From positions 6,083-70,082 of the forward strand of contig JADGNQ010000013.1 in the NCBI GenBank assembly GCA_017883385.1: a DNA stretch of 64,000 nucleotides. Reading direction: 5' to 3'. Under the pieces are notes generated by a model. That model had not been told where the DNA came from and did not search any database. It saw only the letters and a list, made by a program, of their open reading frames with translations. This document shows positions 1 through 7,984 of the stretch, piece by piece; the first letter of the stretch is position 1, and the number at the start of each line of letters is the position of its first letter. This DNA is from Candidatus Sulfotelmatobacter sp. (GTDB taxonomy: Bacteria; Acidobacteriota; Terriglobia; Terriglobales; Acidobacteriaceae). The translations under genes were made by a program, and so were the position numbers.

Positions 1-614
1 GTCGTAGTCGCCGGCAGGTACCGTGCCGTGATCATGGAGAGCGAAATGACCGGCGCCAGGAACGAAATCGCATTCAGCCCAAAGCACCACTTCTCCCCCA
101 ACTTCGCCAGGGCCTGACCCGCGAGCGCAGGACCAATCGTCACCGCCATGTTGAATTGGATCGAATTCAGCGCAATGGCGTTCGGCATGTCTTCACGATC
201 GACCAAAGTGGGAATCAGCGCCTGATATGCCGGCCCGCCGAAAGCTTGTGCCAGGCCTGAGACGAACGAGAGACACAGAATGTGCCACACGTGCACCACT
301 CCGGTCGCCACCAGCACCGTAAGCAACCCGGCGCTTGCCATCTGTACGTACTGTGAGAGCAGCAGAATCTTCCGCCGTTCGGTCCGGTCGGCCACCACGC
401 CGCCGATCAACGAGAACAGAAAGATGGGAATGCCCCCAAGAAACTGGTCCAGTGCCAGCAAGAAAGCCGAATGGCTCAGGCGGTAGATAAGCCAACCCTG
501 CGCCACGATCTGCATCCAGGTGCCAATGCTCGACGTACAGGCACCGAACCACATCAGCCGAAAATCTCGATAGTGAAAGGCTTTGAATATCCTGCGCAGC
601 GTTGATGTTGGCAT
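1..614 (-). CDS. MFS transporter (EntS/MFS_3-like), N-terminal part only; the gene continues past the window start
   Basis: Absent from the ORF track because it runs off the window. My own minus-strand translation from the ATG at 614-612 gives MPTSTLRRIFKAFHYRDFRLMWFGACTSSIGTWMQIVAQGWLIYRLS...GGVVADRTERRKILL... It has hydrophobic TM segments and an MFS motif-A-like loop (G-x-x-A-D-R-x-x-R-R-K). It supersedes ORF 193..552, which is in another frame. Confidence 0.7.
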   Translation of the reverse strand, partial: MPTSTLRRIFKAFHYRDFRLMWFGACTSSIGTWMQIVAQGWLIYRLSHSAFLLALDQFLGGIPIFLFSLIGGVVADRTERRKILLLSQYVQMASAGLLTVLVATGVVHVWHILCLSFVSGLAQAFGGPAYQALIPTLVDREDMPNAIALNSIQFNMAVTIGPALAGQALAKLGEKWCFGLNAISFLAPVISLSMITARYLPATT

Positions 615-740
615 GTGCTCCGGGCGGTTGCAGTCCGAGGACTATCTTCGCACGAGCGTGCGTCCCCTTGCCTCAGCGCTCAGCTTTGCCCCGGTTACGC
701 CAGGCGAACCCTCCCCGTATAATCAATCTTTGGCTCTCTT

Positions 741-1697
741 ATGATTCAGACTCTCTTCGGCAGCCTCGAGGAAGAAAAGAAAACTGGCTTCTTCGACCGC
801 ATGAAGCAGGCGGTCACGCGCACCCGCGAGAACCTCGCCGAGCGCATCGAGGAGGTCGTCTCTTTCGGCAAAGAGATCGACCGCACTACTCTCGACGATC
901 TCGAGGCCACGCTCATCGGCGCTGATCTCGGCAACACCACCACCCAGGAGGTCCTCGGGAAGCTTCGCGAAAAAGCTGACCGAAAGCAGATCAAGGACGT
1001 GCAGGAACTCAAGCGTCTGCTGAAAGAAGAGTTGCTCGCAATTCTGAACACGGCGAATACACGACCGGTCAACAAAGTTGAGGGCACGCCGGAAGTGATT
1101 CTGGTGGTCGGCGTCAACGGCACTGGCAAGACCACCACCATCGGCAAACTGTCGCAAGTCTTCCGCTCGCAGGGGAAAAACGTCCTGCTCTGCGCCGCCG
1201 ACACTTTCCGCGCAGCCGCCATTGAACAACTCGAGATCTGGGGACAGCGCACCGGAACAGAAGTGGTCAAAACCAAGCCCGGAGGCGATCCTTCCGCGGT
1301 TCTGTTCGATGCGCTACAGGCCGCGGTCGCACGCAAGTCCGACTACGTGGTCGTCGACACCGCGGGCCGCCTGCACACCAAGACCAGCCTGATGTCGGAA
1401 CTAGAGAAAATGCGGCGCACGGCGCAACGCATCATTCCCGGAGCGCCGCACGAGACTCTGCTTGTCATGGACGCGACCACGGGGCAGAATGGCCTGCAGC
1501 AGGCGCGCATGTTCACCGAGTCTGCGGGCGTGACTGGGATCGTCCTTACCAAACTCGATGGCACGGCAAAAGGTGGCGTTGTGGTTGCGATCTCGCGTGA
1601 ACTCGGATTGCCCGTGCGCTATGTCGGCGTGGGCGAGAAGGCAGGCGACTTGCTGCCCTTCGACCCGAAAGAGTTTGTGGATTCGCTGTTCGAATAG
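741..1697 (+). CDS. ftsY: Signal recognition particle receptor FtsY
   Basis: 318-aa ORF with SRP-GTPase motifs [19 protein letters not shown] and [10 protein letters not shown]. The N-terminal helical N domain is present. Confidence 0.95.
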   Translation: MIQTLFGSLEEEKKTGFFDRMKQAVTRTRENLAERIEEVVSFGKEIDRTTLDDLEATLIGADLGNTTTQEVLGKLREKADRKQIKDVQELKRLLKEELLAILNTANTRPVNKVEGTPEVILVVGVNGTGKTTTIGKLSQVFRSQGKNVLLCAADTFRAAAIEQLEIWGQRTGTEVVKTKPGGDPSAVLFDALQAAVARKSDYVVVDTAGRLHTKTSLMSELEKMRRTAQRIIPGAPHETLLVMDATTGQNGLQQARMFTESAGVTGIVLTKLDGTAKGGVVVAISRELGLPVRYVGVGEKAGDLLPFDPKEFVDSLFE

Positions 1698-1709
1698 TGA
1701 CGCACGTAG

Positions 1710-1731
1710 GGACGGACGCATTCGTCCGTCC
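1710..1731 (+). terminator. Terminator-like hairpin after ftsY
   Basis: GGACGGACG-CATT-CGTCCGTCC, a perfect 9-bp stem starting 13 nt after the ftsY stop. There is no U-tract, so this is only terminator-like. Confidence 0.4.
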
Positions 1732-1787
1732 AGCAGGCGAAGCCGGCGCTGTGTTTCTTCGAGACCATATCTGTAAAGGAGCGCCCC

Positions 1788-1991
1788 ATGCACCCAGACG
1801 AGAAAAAGTCGCGATTCCGGCTCGTACTCGACTTCGTGAAACGCCTGCTCGGCAGGAAGCCAACTTCTCCGCCTGGCGATCCGTATGCCTATGCAATGGC
1901 CCCGTTGCGTCGTGGCCCTAGTGGGCGCAGCGGTGCTGCAGTCGCCGAGATCGAAGACGATTCGTACCAGAGCTTTCCGCCGCGCCGGTAA
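1788..1991 (+). CDS. Hypothetical small protein (67 aa)
   Basis: The ORF is preceded by AAAGGAG, 6 nt upstream of the ATG. I recognise no family. It sits in an otherwise unassigned spacer between ftsY and ribD. Confidence 0.4.
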   Translation: MHPDEKKSRFRLVLDFVKRLLGRKPTSPPGDPYAYAMAPLRRGPSGRSGAAVAEIEDDSYQSFPPRR

Positions 1992-2070
1992 TAGATGCGA
2001 AGCGATGCGGTTTTGCTTTGCCGCGATGTCCAAGGCGAGCGCGCAACATTCGACTCAAGGGTGATGCAAT

Positions 2071-2176
2071 CTTGTCATCCTGAGCGAAGCGAAGGACCTC
2101 TGCACTCTTTTGCGCCATCGATGCGGCCGGCGAGTACACAGATCCTTCGCGCAAAGAACGCGCTCAGGATGACAAG
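2071..2176. repeat. R2 palindromic element, full copy (MITE/REP-like)
   Basis: Perfect 16-bp terminal inverted repeats: CTTGTCATCCTGAGCG ... CGCTCAGGATGACAAG. The inner arms AAGCGAAGGACC / GATCCTTCGCG also pair. The same termini recur at 5261, 28867, 58774 and 58906. Confidence 0.85.
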
Positions 2177-2246
2177 TACGATTGACCATGGGAAGACTGG
2201 GCAATCCCCGCACGTGATAGATTTCTCCCTGAAGATTTCACCCTGA

Positions 2247-3443
2247 ATGTCCGCTCACTCCGCAGACGAACAGTTTCTCCACCGCGCACTCGAACTCGCG
2301 CGCCAGGGCATTGGTCTTGCATCGCCAAATCCCTACGTCGGCGCGGTAATTGCCGACTCTCACGGCAACGTCGTCGGCACCGGAACCTACACCTACGCTG
2401 GGGTAAAGCACGCTGAGGTTCTCGCCCTTGAGGTCGCGGGCGCGAAAGCACGTGGCGGAACGCTCTACATCAACCTCGAACCGCACGCGCATCATGGCCG
2501 CACGCCGCCGTGTACGGACGCACTGATTGCCGCCGGAATTCATCGTGTCGTGGCCTCGATGCCCGATCCCAATCCGAAAGTGAGCGGGCGAGGATTCGAC
2601 AAGCTGCGCGCTGCCGGAGTGCATGTCGAAGTCGGACGACTGGAAGAGCAGGCTCGCCGCCTGAACGAGGGCTTCGCCCGCTACATCCGCCACAGCACAC
2701 CGCTAGTAACTCTGAAAGCCGCGATGACGCTTGACGGCAAGATCGCTCCGCCGCCAGACGAGGCTTTGGATCGAAGCGACGGCCCTCCGGCAGGCAGCGG
2801 ATTCTCCGGAAACTGGATCACGAACGAAGTCGCGCGCGCGCACGTGCAGGAACTGCGGCATCAGAATGACGCGCTGATGGTTGGTGCCGGGACGATTCTT
2901 TCGGACAACCCGCTCCTCACTGACCGCAGCGGCCGGCCGCGCCGGCGTCCTTTGCTGCGCGTGATTCTCGATTCGCGCCTGCGTCTGCCGCTCGAATCGC
3001 GTCTGGTGCAGAGCGCGGCCAAGGAGCGAACCAACGACGTCCTGGTTTTCTACTCGTCCGCAGGAGAACAAAAAGGCGACGAAGAGAAAAAAGCCCAACT
3101 CGAACAACTTGGAATCCGCGTCGAGAAGATTTCTGCGGTTGAGCCGGACGGACGCCCCGACCTGCCTGCCATTCTTCGCCGCCTCAGCCAACTCGAAATC
3201 ACTACCTTGATGATCGAAGGCGGAGCGACGGTGAATTGGACCGCGCTCGCCACGAACGTGGTCGACAAGGTCTTCCTGTACTATGCACCGAAGATCCTCG
3301 CCGGAACGGGCTCAATTCCCTTCGCCGCTGGAGCAGGATTCCATCACATGAGCCAGGCCGCTCAGGTCAAGCACGTGCACCTGCACCGTTTCGGCGAAGA
3401 CTTCGCGGTGGAAGGCTATCTGCGCGATCCCTACGGGGAGTGA
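2247..3443 (+). CDS. ribD: Bifunctional riboflavin biosynthesis protein RibD (pyrimidine deaminase / uracil reductase)
   Basis: 398-aa ORF. The deaminase motifs are HAEVLAL and LEPHAHHGRTPPC. The C-terminal RibD_C-type reductase half is present (TLDGKIA..., MIEGG). Confidence 0.9.
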   Translation: MSAHSADEQFLHRALELARQGIGLASPNPYVGAVIADSHGNVVGTGTYTYAGVKHAEVLALEVAGAKARGGTLYINLEPHAHHGRTPPCTDALIAAGIHRVVASMPDPNPKVSGRGFDKLRAAGVHVEVGRLEEQARRLNEGFARYIRHSTPLVTLKAAMTLDGKIAPPPDEALDRSDGPPAGSGFSGNWITNEVARAHVQELRHQNDALMVGAGTILSDNPLLTDRSGRPRRRPLLRVILDSRLRLPLESRLVQSAAKERTNDVLVFYSSAGEQKGDEEKKAQLEQLGIRVEKISAVEPDGRPDLPAILRRLSQLEITTLMIEGGATVNWTALATNVVDKVFLYYAPKILAGTGSIPFAAGAGFHHMSQAAQVKHVHLHRFGEDFAVEGYLRDPYGE

Positions 3444-3450
3444 ATCTCGC

Positions 3451-3566
3451 CGTAGAGACGTTGCTTGCAACGTCTCTGCCGGCAGTGCCCGGGATGCTGG
3501 CGAGCGCTACGTCGCTTGCGATCGTCTGTTCGTGGTGACAGAGACATAGCAAGCTACGTCTCTACG
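3451..3566. repeat. R1 composite palindromic element (two hairpin arms) in the ribD-ribE spacer
   Basis: Left arm CGTAGAGACGTTGCTTGCAACGTCTCTGCC (3451-3480). Right arm CAGAGACATAGCAAGCTACGTCTCTACG (3539-3566). Each arm is itself a hairpin, and the two arms are inverted relative to each other. Confidence 0.85.
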
Positions 3567-3606
3567 AAAGCGGGTTTACACTATTACGTTCATCCCGGAG
3601 GCACTC

Positions 3607-4248
3607 ATGTTTACTGGCATCGTGGAAGAAGTCGGGCGCATTACTCGCATCGAACAGCGCGGCGAGAACCGCCGCGTCACCATCGCCGCCAAGAACGCAC
3701 CGCAGGAACTCAAAACCGGCAACAGCGTCGCGGTGAGCGGAGTCTGCCTCACTGCGCTCGACATTAAACCCGGGTCGTTCTGCGCCGATCTCGCACCGGA
3801 GACCTGGGTGCGCACGTCGTTCTCGCGCATTCATGAAGGAGCTTTGGTCAACCTCGAACTGCCCATGAAGGCCGATGGGCGCTTTGGCGGGCACATCGTT
3901 CAGGGCCACGTGGACGGCGTCGGCAAACTGATCGCCTTCGATCGCATCGCTGATTCGGAAAACTGGTGGCTGGACATCGAATTGCCCGACGACGTCGAGA
4001 AGTACACCGTCTACAAGGGTTCGATTTCGATCGAGGGCATCAGTCTTACGGTGGCGAAACTGGAAAAGAATCGCTGCACTGTCGCCATCATCCCCCACAC
4101 GGTGGAGATGACGAATCTGCATTCGCTGAAGCCCGGCGATCCCGTCAACCTGGAAGCAGACCTGATCGCAAAGTACGTCGAGAAGATGATGAAGGGCGAC
4201 GCGGAGAGTTCGCTCACAGTGGAAGAACTGGTGCAGCAAGGGTTTTAG
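3607..4248 (+). CDS. ribE: Riboflavin synthase (alpha chain)
   Basis: 213-aa ORF with the hallmark N-terminus MFTGIVEE and an internal duplication (GHVDGVG..., SLTV). Confidence 0.9.
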   Translation: MFTGIVEEVGRITRIEQRGENRRVTIAAKNAPQELKTGNSVAVSGVCLTALDIKPGSFCADLAPETWVRTSFSRIHEGALVNLELPMKADGRFGGHIVQGHVDGVGKLIAFDRIADSENWWLDIELPDDVEKYTVYKGSISIEGISLTVAKLEKNRCTVAIIPHTVEMTNLHSLKPGDPVNLEADLIAKYVEKMMKGDAESSLTVEELVQQGF

Positions 4249-4257
4249 ACGACTCGT

Positions 4258-4353
4258 CGTAGAGACGTTGCTTGCAATGTCTCTGCCTGCAGCACCCATG
4301 CCCCCGGATGCATGGACGACGCAGGCAGAGACGTAGCAAGCTACGTCTCTACG
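4258..4353. repeat. R1 composite palindromic element, best-preserved copy
   Basis: CGTAGAGACGTTGCTTGCAATGTCTCTGCC (4258-4287) ... GGCAGAGACGTAGCAAGCTACGTCTCTACG (4324-4353). The middle also pairs (GCCTGC..GCAGGC, CATGC..GCATG). It is followed by TGTTTTT, so it may terminate ribE and the convergent ABC gene. Confidence 0.85.
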
Positions 4354-4363
4354 AATACTGTTT

Positions 4364-5131
4364 TTACGCTTCCAGCTTCAGTTCATCCAGTTCAAGGAAT
4401 TCCTGGACAATAGGCACGCTGCATTTTTCCATTTCTGCGTAGGTGCCGAAGAAGATTGCCTTCCCTTCATGCAGAAACACGACTCGCTCGGCGAGTTTCT
4501 TGGCGAGGCGCATGTCGTGGGTCACGACGATGCTGGTCAGGTTCAGTTGAATCTTGAGGCGCTTGATGAGGTCGCCGAGCAGTTGCGCCATCAGCGGATC
4601 GACCATGGTTGTGGGCTCATCGTAGAGGACGCATTCCGGCCGCGCGGCCAGCGCCCGCGCAATGGCGACCGACCGCTTCATGCCAGTCGAAAGATCGGAG
4701 GGAAGAAGGTCGCGCATCTCCTGCACGCCAACCATTTGCAGCAGGCCATCCACGATCTGGTAAATCTGCTCCTCGTTCAAATCCTGGGATTCACGCAGGG
4801 GAAAAGCCACGTTTTCGCCAACCGTGAGCGAGTCGAAGAGAGCTCCATTCTGGAAGACCATGGTGACTTTCTTGCGGATCAGTTCGAGTTGCTCCTCGGT
4901 GTAGTCGGTGATGTCCTCCCCGGCGACGATGACGCGTCCGGAGTCGGGCTTGAGAAATCCCATGATGTGGTGCAGCGAAACGGACTTGCCCACTCCGCTG
5001 CGTCCCAGAATGCACACGGTCTCGGCCGGCAGCACATCGAAGCTCACATGGTCGAGAACGACGTTGTCGCCAAATGCTTTGCTCACGTCGCGGAATTCGA
5101 TGTAGGGCGCGGATTTGGAATCGTCGGGCAT
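4364..5131 (-). CDS. ABC transporter ATP-binding protein, MlaF/Mkl-like
   Basis: 255 aa with Walker A GRSGVGKS, signature LSTGMKRSVAIARAL and Walker B VLYDEPT. The overall layout resembles MlaF-type ATPases. No permease gene is adjacent. Confidence 0.85.
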   Translation of the reverse strand: MPDDSKSAPYIEFRDVSKAFGDNVVLDHVSFDVLPAETVCILGRSGVGKSVSLHHIMGFLKPDSGRVIVAGEDITDYTEEQLELIRKKVTMVFQNGALFDSLTVGENVAFPLRESQDLNEEQIYQIVDGLLQMVGVQEMRDLLPSDLSTGMKRSVAIARALAARPECVLYDEPTTMVDPLMAQLLGDLIKRLKIQLNLTSIVVTHDMRLAKKLAERVVFLHEGKAIFFGTYAEMEKCSVPIVQEFLELDELKLEA

Positions 5132-5135
5132 GATC

Positions 5136-5236
5136 AGCTCTTAGCTCTTAGCTCTTAGCTCTTAGCTCTTAGCTCTTAGCTCTTAGCTCTTAGCTCTTAG
5201 CTCTTAGCTCTTGGCTCTTGGCTCTTGGCTCTTGGC
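5136..5236. repeat. Heptanucleotide microsatellite: (AGCTCTT)x11 then (GGCTCTT)x3
   Basis: Counted directly. There are 11 perfect AGCTCTT units at 5136-5212 and 3 GGCTCTT units at 5213-5233, followed by degenerate GGCTGTC. The tract starts 5 nt from the ATG (5131) of the minus-strand ABC ATPase gene. Confidence 0.95.
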
Positions 5237-5260
5237 TGTCAGCTATCAGCCAACAACGCG

Positions 5261-5303
5261 CTTGTCATCCTGAGCGCGCGTTCTTTGCGCGCGAAGGACC
5301 TAT
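5261..5303. repeat. R2 element, solo half copy
   Basis: CTTGTCATCCTGAGCGCGCGTTCTTTGCGCGCGAAGGACC matches the reverse complement of the right half of the 2071-2176 copy. Confidence 0.75.
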
Positions 5304-5314
5304 GCAACTTCTCT

Positions 5315-5920
5315 TCACCCACCGGCGCTTTCTCGCGCGGCTTCCAGTTCTTCCCGCGTATTCAGGTTGCGAAACATTTTCAACGAGAAACCGGCGGCCT
5401 CCAACTCTTCTTCCCTGATCACCTGCGTCTGCGTCGTTTCGAAGAGCGCATCAATCTTGTAACGACCCTCACGCAGAGACTGCTCTGCAACGTCGACGAA
5501 ATCACGGCGATAAACGGCGCACAACGGCTGCCAGCCTCCGCCTGCCCCCACAACCGTGATCGTCGCAGACGCGGAGTCTCGCGCCCGCCTGATCAAGTAC
5601 TGTAGCAGCGCCAGCGACACTAATGGCACGTCCACGGCCAATATCAGGTTCAGTTCCGTGTTCGACACCCGCAGCGCCGCGTGAATGCCCCCCAGTGGAC
5701 CGCAGTCGCGAAACACATCCTCCACCACCGGACCAAACCCCGCAAACTTCGCCGGATCCCCGACAACACGCACGTCGGGCGTCACGGCTCGCGCCAACTC
5801 CAGTGCCCGCGCCAACAGCGTTCGCCCGTCGAGTGTGACGAAAGCCTTGTCCGCGCCCATGCGCGTGCTCTTGCCCCCAGCCAGGATAAACGCCGACACA
5901 TCCGGCTCAGTACCGCCCAT
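5315..5920 (-). CDS. mobA: Molybdenum cofactor guanylyltransferase MobA
   Basis: Motif AFILAGGKSTRMGADKA plus GPLGGI and LAVDVP. I place the start at the internal ATG 5920 (MGGTEPDV...). The track ORF extends to 6025 with a non-family-like N-terminus. Confidence 0.8.
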   Translation of the reverse strand: MGGTEPDVSAFILAGGKSTRMGADKAFVTLDGRTLLARALELARAVTPDVRVVGDPAKFAGFGPVVEDVFRDCGPLGGIHAALRVSNTELNLILAVDVPLVSLALLQYLIRRARDSASATITVVGAGGGWQPLCAVYRRDFVDVAEQSLREGRYKIDALFETTQTQVIREEELEAAGFSLKMFRNLNTREELEAARESAGG

Positions 5921-6105
5921 GGGCCGATGATACACGCAGGGAAATACGGTTGAGTCGCCCGACTTCCACAGCCTAACCCCCTGCATCCACGCGACTTGCT
6001 CCCCTTGCCATGCGCGCACGTGCACGAAAGTAACCTACCCAAAGTCAATACTTCGCGCGATGATGACGGTGCGTCCGAGATCAACTGACCCGGAAGTCAC
6101 TTATC

Positions 6106-6633
6106 ATGCCGCAAAAATTCATGGATGTGCTTATGCTTGGGCGCTGCTCTCACGAGTTTTCCTGGCCACGCCGTGGAACAGATGGGGACTACTATCAGGT
6201 CTGCCTGATCTGCGCTGCGGAATACAAGTATGACTGGACGACGATGCGCCGCACCCAGCGTGTGGAGCACGCCAAGCCAGAGACGACGATTCGCCGCAGC
6301 CACGCCCGCGAAAAGCGGCCGACGTGGGTTCCGCGTGCACGGCGTCTGAAGCTCGACATCCCGCTGCGCTACCGGGTGAACCGGACCAGCACCTGGCACG
6401 AAGGAATCATCGAAAACATCAGCCAGAGCGGCGTGCTCTTCAACGGGCCGCAGCAGCTTCCAGTCAATGCGCTGATCGAGATGGTGTTTGAGATGCCGGA
6501 AGAGATCTCCGGGCAGAAGAACAGCAATGTGGTATGCCAGGGGCGAGTAATGCGCAACAGGGACCTGCCTCAGCCTGAAGAAGGCAATGTCGGGCTGGCG
6601 GCCTCCATCGTCGACTACAAATTCATCCACTAG
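6106..6633 (+). CDS. Zinc-ribbon plus PilZ-like domain protein (putative c-di-GMP binding)
   Basis: The N-terminus has CxH ... CxxC (CSHEF...VCLICAAEY). The C-terminal half has an Arg-rich PRARRLKLDIPLRYRV followed by ENISQSG, which is the (D/N)xSxxG PilZ motif. The RxxxR motif is not canonical. Confidence 0.6.
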   Translation: MPQKFMDVLMLGRCSHEFSWPRRGTDGDYYQVCLICAAEYKYDWTTMRRTQRVEHAKPETTIRRSHAREKRPTWVPRARRLKLDIPLRYRVNRTSTWHEGIIENISQSGVLFNGPQQLPVNALIEMVFEMPEEISGQKNSNVVCQGRVMRNRDLPQPEEGNVGLAASIVDYKFIH

Positions 6634-6853
6634 ACGCCCTGCAGTTCATGGCAGAGCTCTACTCCCTCCCCAAAGATCAGTCATGCTGTGCCCTCAGGAC
6701 AGCCACGATAACGCCGCCGGTGTATGGAAGATGCTGCCTCACGGTCATCCTGACCGATAACAGTCCCGCCTTTACATCTGCAAGAATGCCCTCGAGCATC
6801 TAAAATGTACGTAGACATTGGGCCGTTCGTCGAGGCCCGTTCAGGAGTTGAGC

Positions 6854-7984
6854 ATGAAAAAAACTTCCCTTCTGGTGTCTTCATTTGTTCTTGCGATCAT
6901 TCTTGGTGTTGGCGTGGGCTGTGCCCGGAAGCCCGATGATGCCAAGGTCTCCAGCGAAATTCAAAACAAGTTCAGCCAGGATTCCGGACTTTCGACCAAG
7001 CATCTCACCGTACAGGCCAATGATGGCGTGGTGACGCTGGGGGGCACCGTCGACAACGACACACAGCGGGAGGCGGCGGGCCGCCAGGCTGCGTCCGTGT
7101 TCGGCGTGAAGACGGTCATCAACAATCTGCAGGTTGGCAATGCCACTGCTGTTGCGCCGAGTCCGGCGATAGGACCTTCACCCGCTCAGACGGTACAAAC
7201 CTCAACTGCCCCGCCGACGGACAAGGCCAAGCCGACCCCCAGTAGGAAATCCAAGTCTCACGCTTCTGAGCGTGCCAGCGCGGCTCAGGACTCCGCCCCT
7301 GACGCGAACGATGGTCAGATGACCGCGGATAACCAGCCCGCGCCGCCCTCTTCCGCTCAGGACGGCACACCTGCGGCTCAGCCGGATACGCCAGCAACGT
7401 CAACCCCTCCGCCGCCACCGGCGCCAAAGAAGCTGATCATCGACCAGGGAACGCAATTGACGGTTCGGCTCATCGATCCCATTGACAGCGAAAAGAATCA
7501 GACTGGGGACACCTTCCATGCGACTTTGAACGCTCCTCTCGCTTCCGACGGAGAAGAAGCCGTCCCGGCGGGTGTCGAACTTACCGGCCACCTCGTCGAG
7601 GTGAAGAGCGCAGGCAAGTTCGCAGGCCAGTCGGCCGTGGTTCTGCAACTCGACAGCATCAAGTCCGGCGGCCAGGCCTATAGCCTGCAAACCGACCGGT
7701 ACAAGAAAGAGGCAAGTTCGCGCGGCAAAAACACCGCCGAGAAGGTCGGTGGAGGCGCCATTCTAGGCGGGATCATCGGCGCCATCGCCGGCGGCGGCAA
7801 GGGTGCAGCCATTGGTTCGGCGGCTGGAGCTGGCGTGGGAGGCGGCGTGCAAGCGGCCACCAAGAGCCAGCAGATCAAACTGCCTTCGGAAACCGTGCTG
7901 AACTTCACACTGCAAGCGCCGATCACAGTAACGCAGGCGACGAATCCGGACGCCAGCCGGCAGAAGCTTGGAGATTCTCAATAA
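6854..7984 (+). CDS. BON-domain lipoprotein with a Pro/Ala/Ser-rich linker and a C-terminal glycine-zipper
   Basis: Start at ATG 6854, with AGGAG 6 nt upstream. Signal plus lipobox is LGVGVGC. The BON-like segment is LTVQANDGVVTLGGTVDNDTQREAAGRQAASVFGVKTVINNLQV. Near the C-terminus is GGGAILGGIIGAIAGGGKGAAIGSAAGAGVGGG. Confidence 0.75.
   Translation: MKKTSLLVSSFVLAIILGVGVGCARKPDDAKVSSEIQNKFSQDSGLSTKHLTVQANDGVVTLGGTVDNDTQREAAGRQAASVFGVKTVINNLQVGNATAVAPSPAIGPSPAQTVQTSTAPPTDKAKPTPSRKSKSHASERASAAQDSAPDANDGQMTADNQPAPPSSAQDGTPAAQPDTPATSTPPPPPAPKKLIIDQGTQLTVRLIDPIDSEKNQTGDTFHATLNAPLASDGEEAVPAGVELTGHLVEVKSAGKFAGQSAVVLQLDSIKSGGQAYSLQTDRYKKEASSRGKNTAEKVGGGAILGGIIGAIAGGGKGAAIGSAAGAGVGGGVQAATKSQQIKLPSETVLNFTLQAPITVTQATNPDASRQKLGDSQ

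Noticed and set aside
193-552. A 119-aa minus-strand ORF at the window start.
   Set aside because: A different minus-strand frame, open from 614 to the window edge, translates to a clean MFS transporter N-terminus. The listed ORF is an out-of-frame overlap.
1992-2246. A possible FMN riboswitch upstream of ribD.
   Set aside because: The spacer is mostly the R2 element. I could not find the conserved RFN segments (GGGTGAAATTCC..., ...CCGACGGT..AGTCCGGATG...). The only resemblance (GAAGATTTCACCC at about 2231) is a short reverse-orientation match.
3451-4353. Whether the recurring palindromic repeats (R1-R4) could be CRISPR arrays.
   Set aside because: The copies are dispersed over the window, singly or in inverted pairs. 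They are not arranged as regularly spaced direct repeats with unique spacers, and there are no cas genes.
5218-5605. Plus-strand ORFs 5218..5418 and 5225..5605, which start inside the microsatellite.
   Set aside because: They begin in the GGCTCTT repeat units, run through the R2 half element, and then lie antisense to mobA. There are no coding signals.
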